DNA of 64,000 bases from Hydrolagus colliei. Taxonomy: Eukaryota. The stretch spans positions 4,588,001 through 4,652,000 of the forward strand of contig CM068760.1 of NCBI GenBank assembly GCA_035084275.1. The letters are read 5' to 3'. Both the position numbers and the translations under genes were made by a program. The stretch's first letter is position 1, and every line of letters starts with the position of its first letter. Shown here piece after piece: positions 63,709 to 64,000 of this stretch. Below the pieces are notes generated by a model. The model was not told the origin of the DNA, searched no databases, and saw only the letters and a program-made list of their open reading frames with translations.

Positions 63709-64000
63709 CCACAACAAGATTAAATTCTGCGTAACAATTTTTAAGTTAAATGGGTTTGGCCAGTGGAGAGAGACAAGAGGGGGTGTTCTATTGAAGCCTT
63801 TGGCAATGTCCCTGCGCACTATTCTAACCAGAATTTAATTCAACAACAGCAACAGAATTTCGTTCAACAACAGTGTGGTTCATTGTGATACTCTATGCAC
63901 TAGCCACTAGACGTATTTACACAGCGCCCCCTCACGCGGGTAGAGTCCCAGGGAGGTGCTTGAGTTCACTGCTCTGTATTCTTGCCAAGAACCAAAGTTG

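Larger units (their letters stand above)
24551..64000 (-). other. slc39a11: Probable large slc39a11 intron (continues beyond the window)
   Basis: Ends at the acceptor AG of the 99-bp exon. The expected upstream exon (EGLAVGVGFG...ATFESAR) was not found by eye in the window. Confidence 0.7.

Overview
This is eukaryotic vertebrate DNA, not prokaryotic. The repeat content (tRNA-derived Deu-type SINEs, L2, CR1, Tigger) suggests a cartilaginous fish, possibly a chimaera such as Callorhinchus milii; the species is inferred only. The one gene I can support is the 3' end of the zinc transporter slc39a11 (ZIP11) on the minus strand. It has three GT-AG coding exons (24452-24550, 22940-23098, 21977-22055 including the TAA stop) that join in frame. 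I did not find the preceding exon, so 24551-64000 is probably one intron of >39 kb, and 1-~21600 is 3' flank. In human that flank faces SOX9, so it may be SOX9 regulatory territory (inference). The rest is repeats and non-coding DNA, and nearly all ORF-track entries are spurious. The best second-look items are: a ~210-bp near-perfect palindrome in the last intron; three TTAACCCTTTCA motifs phased exactly 32 bp apart; an alternative acceptor 27 nt upstream that would add a premature stop; an unclassified ~200-bp repeat in three copies; a SINE-borne MTF-1/MRE-like motif; and an internally deleted Tigger element. I see no clear evidence of a wholly new biological system. Repeat boundaries were read by eye and are approximate.
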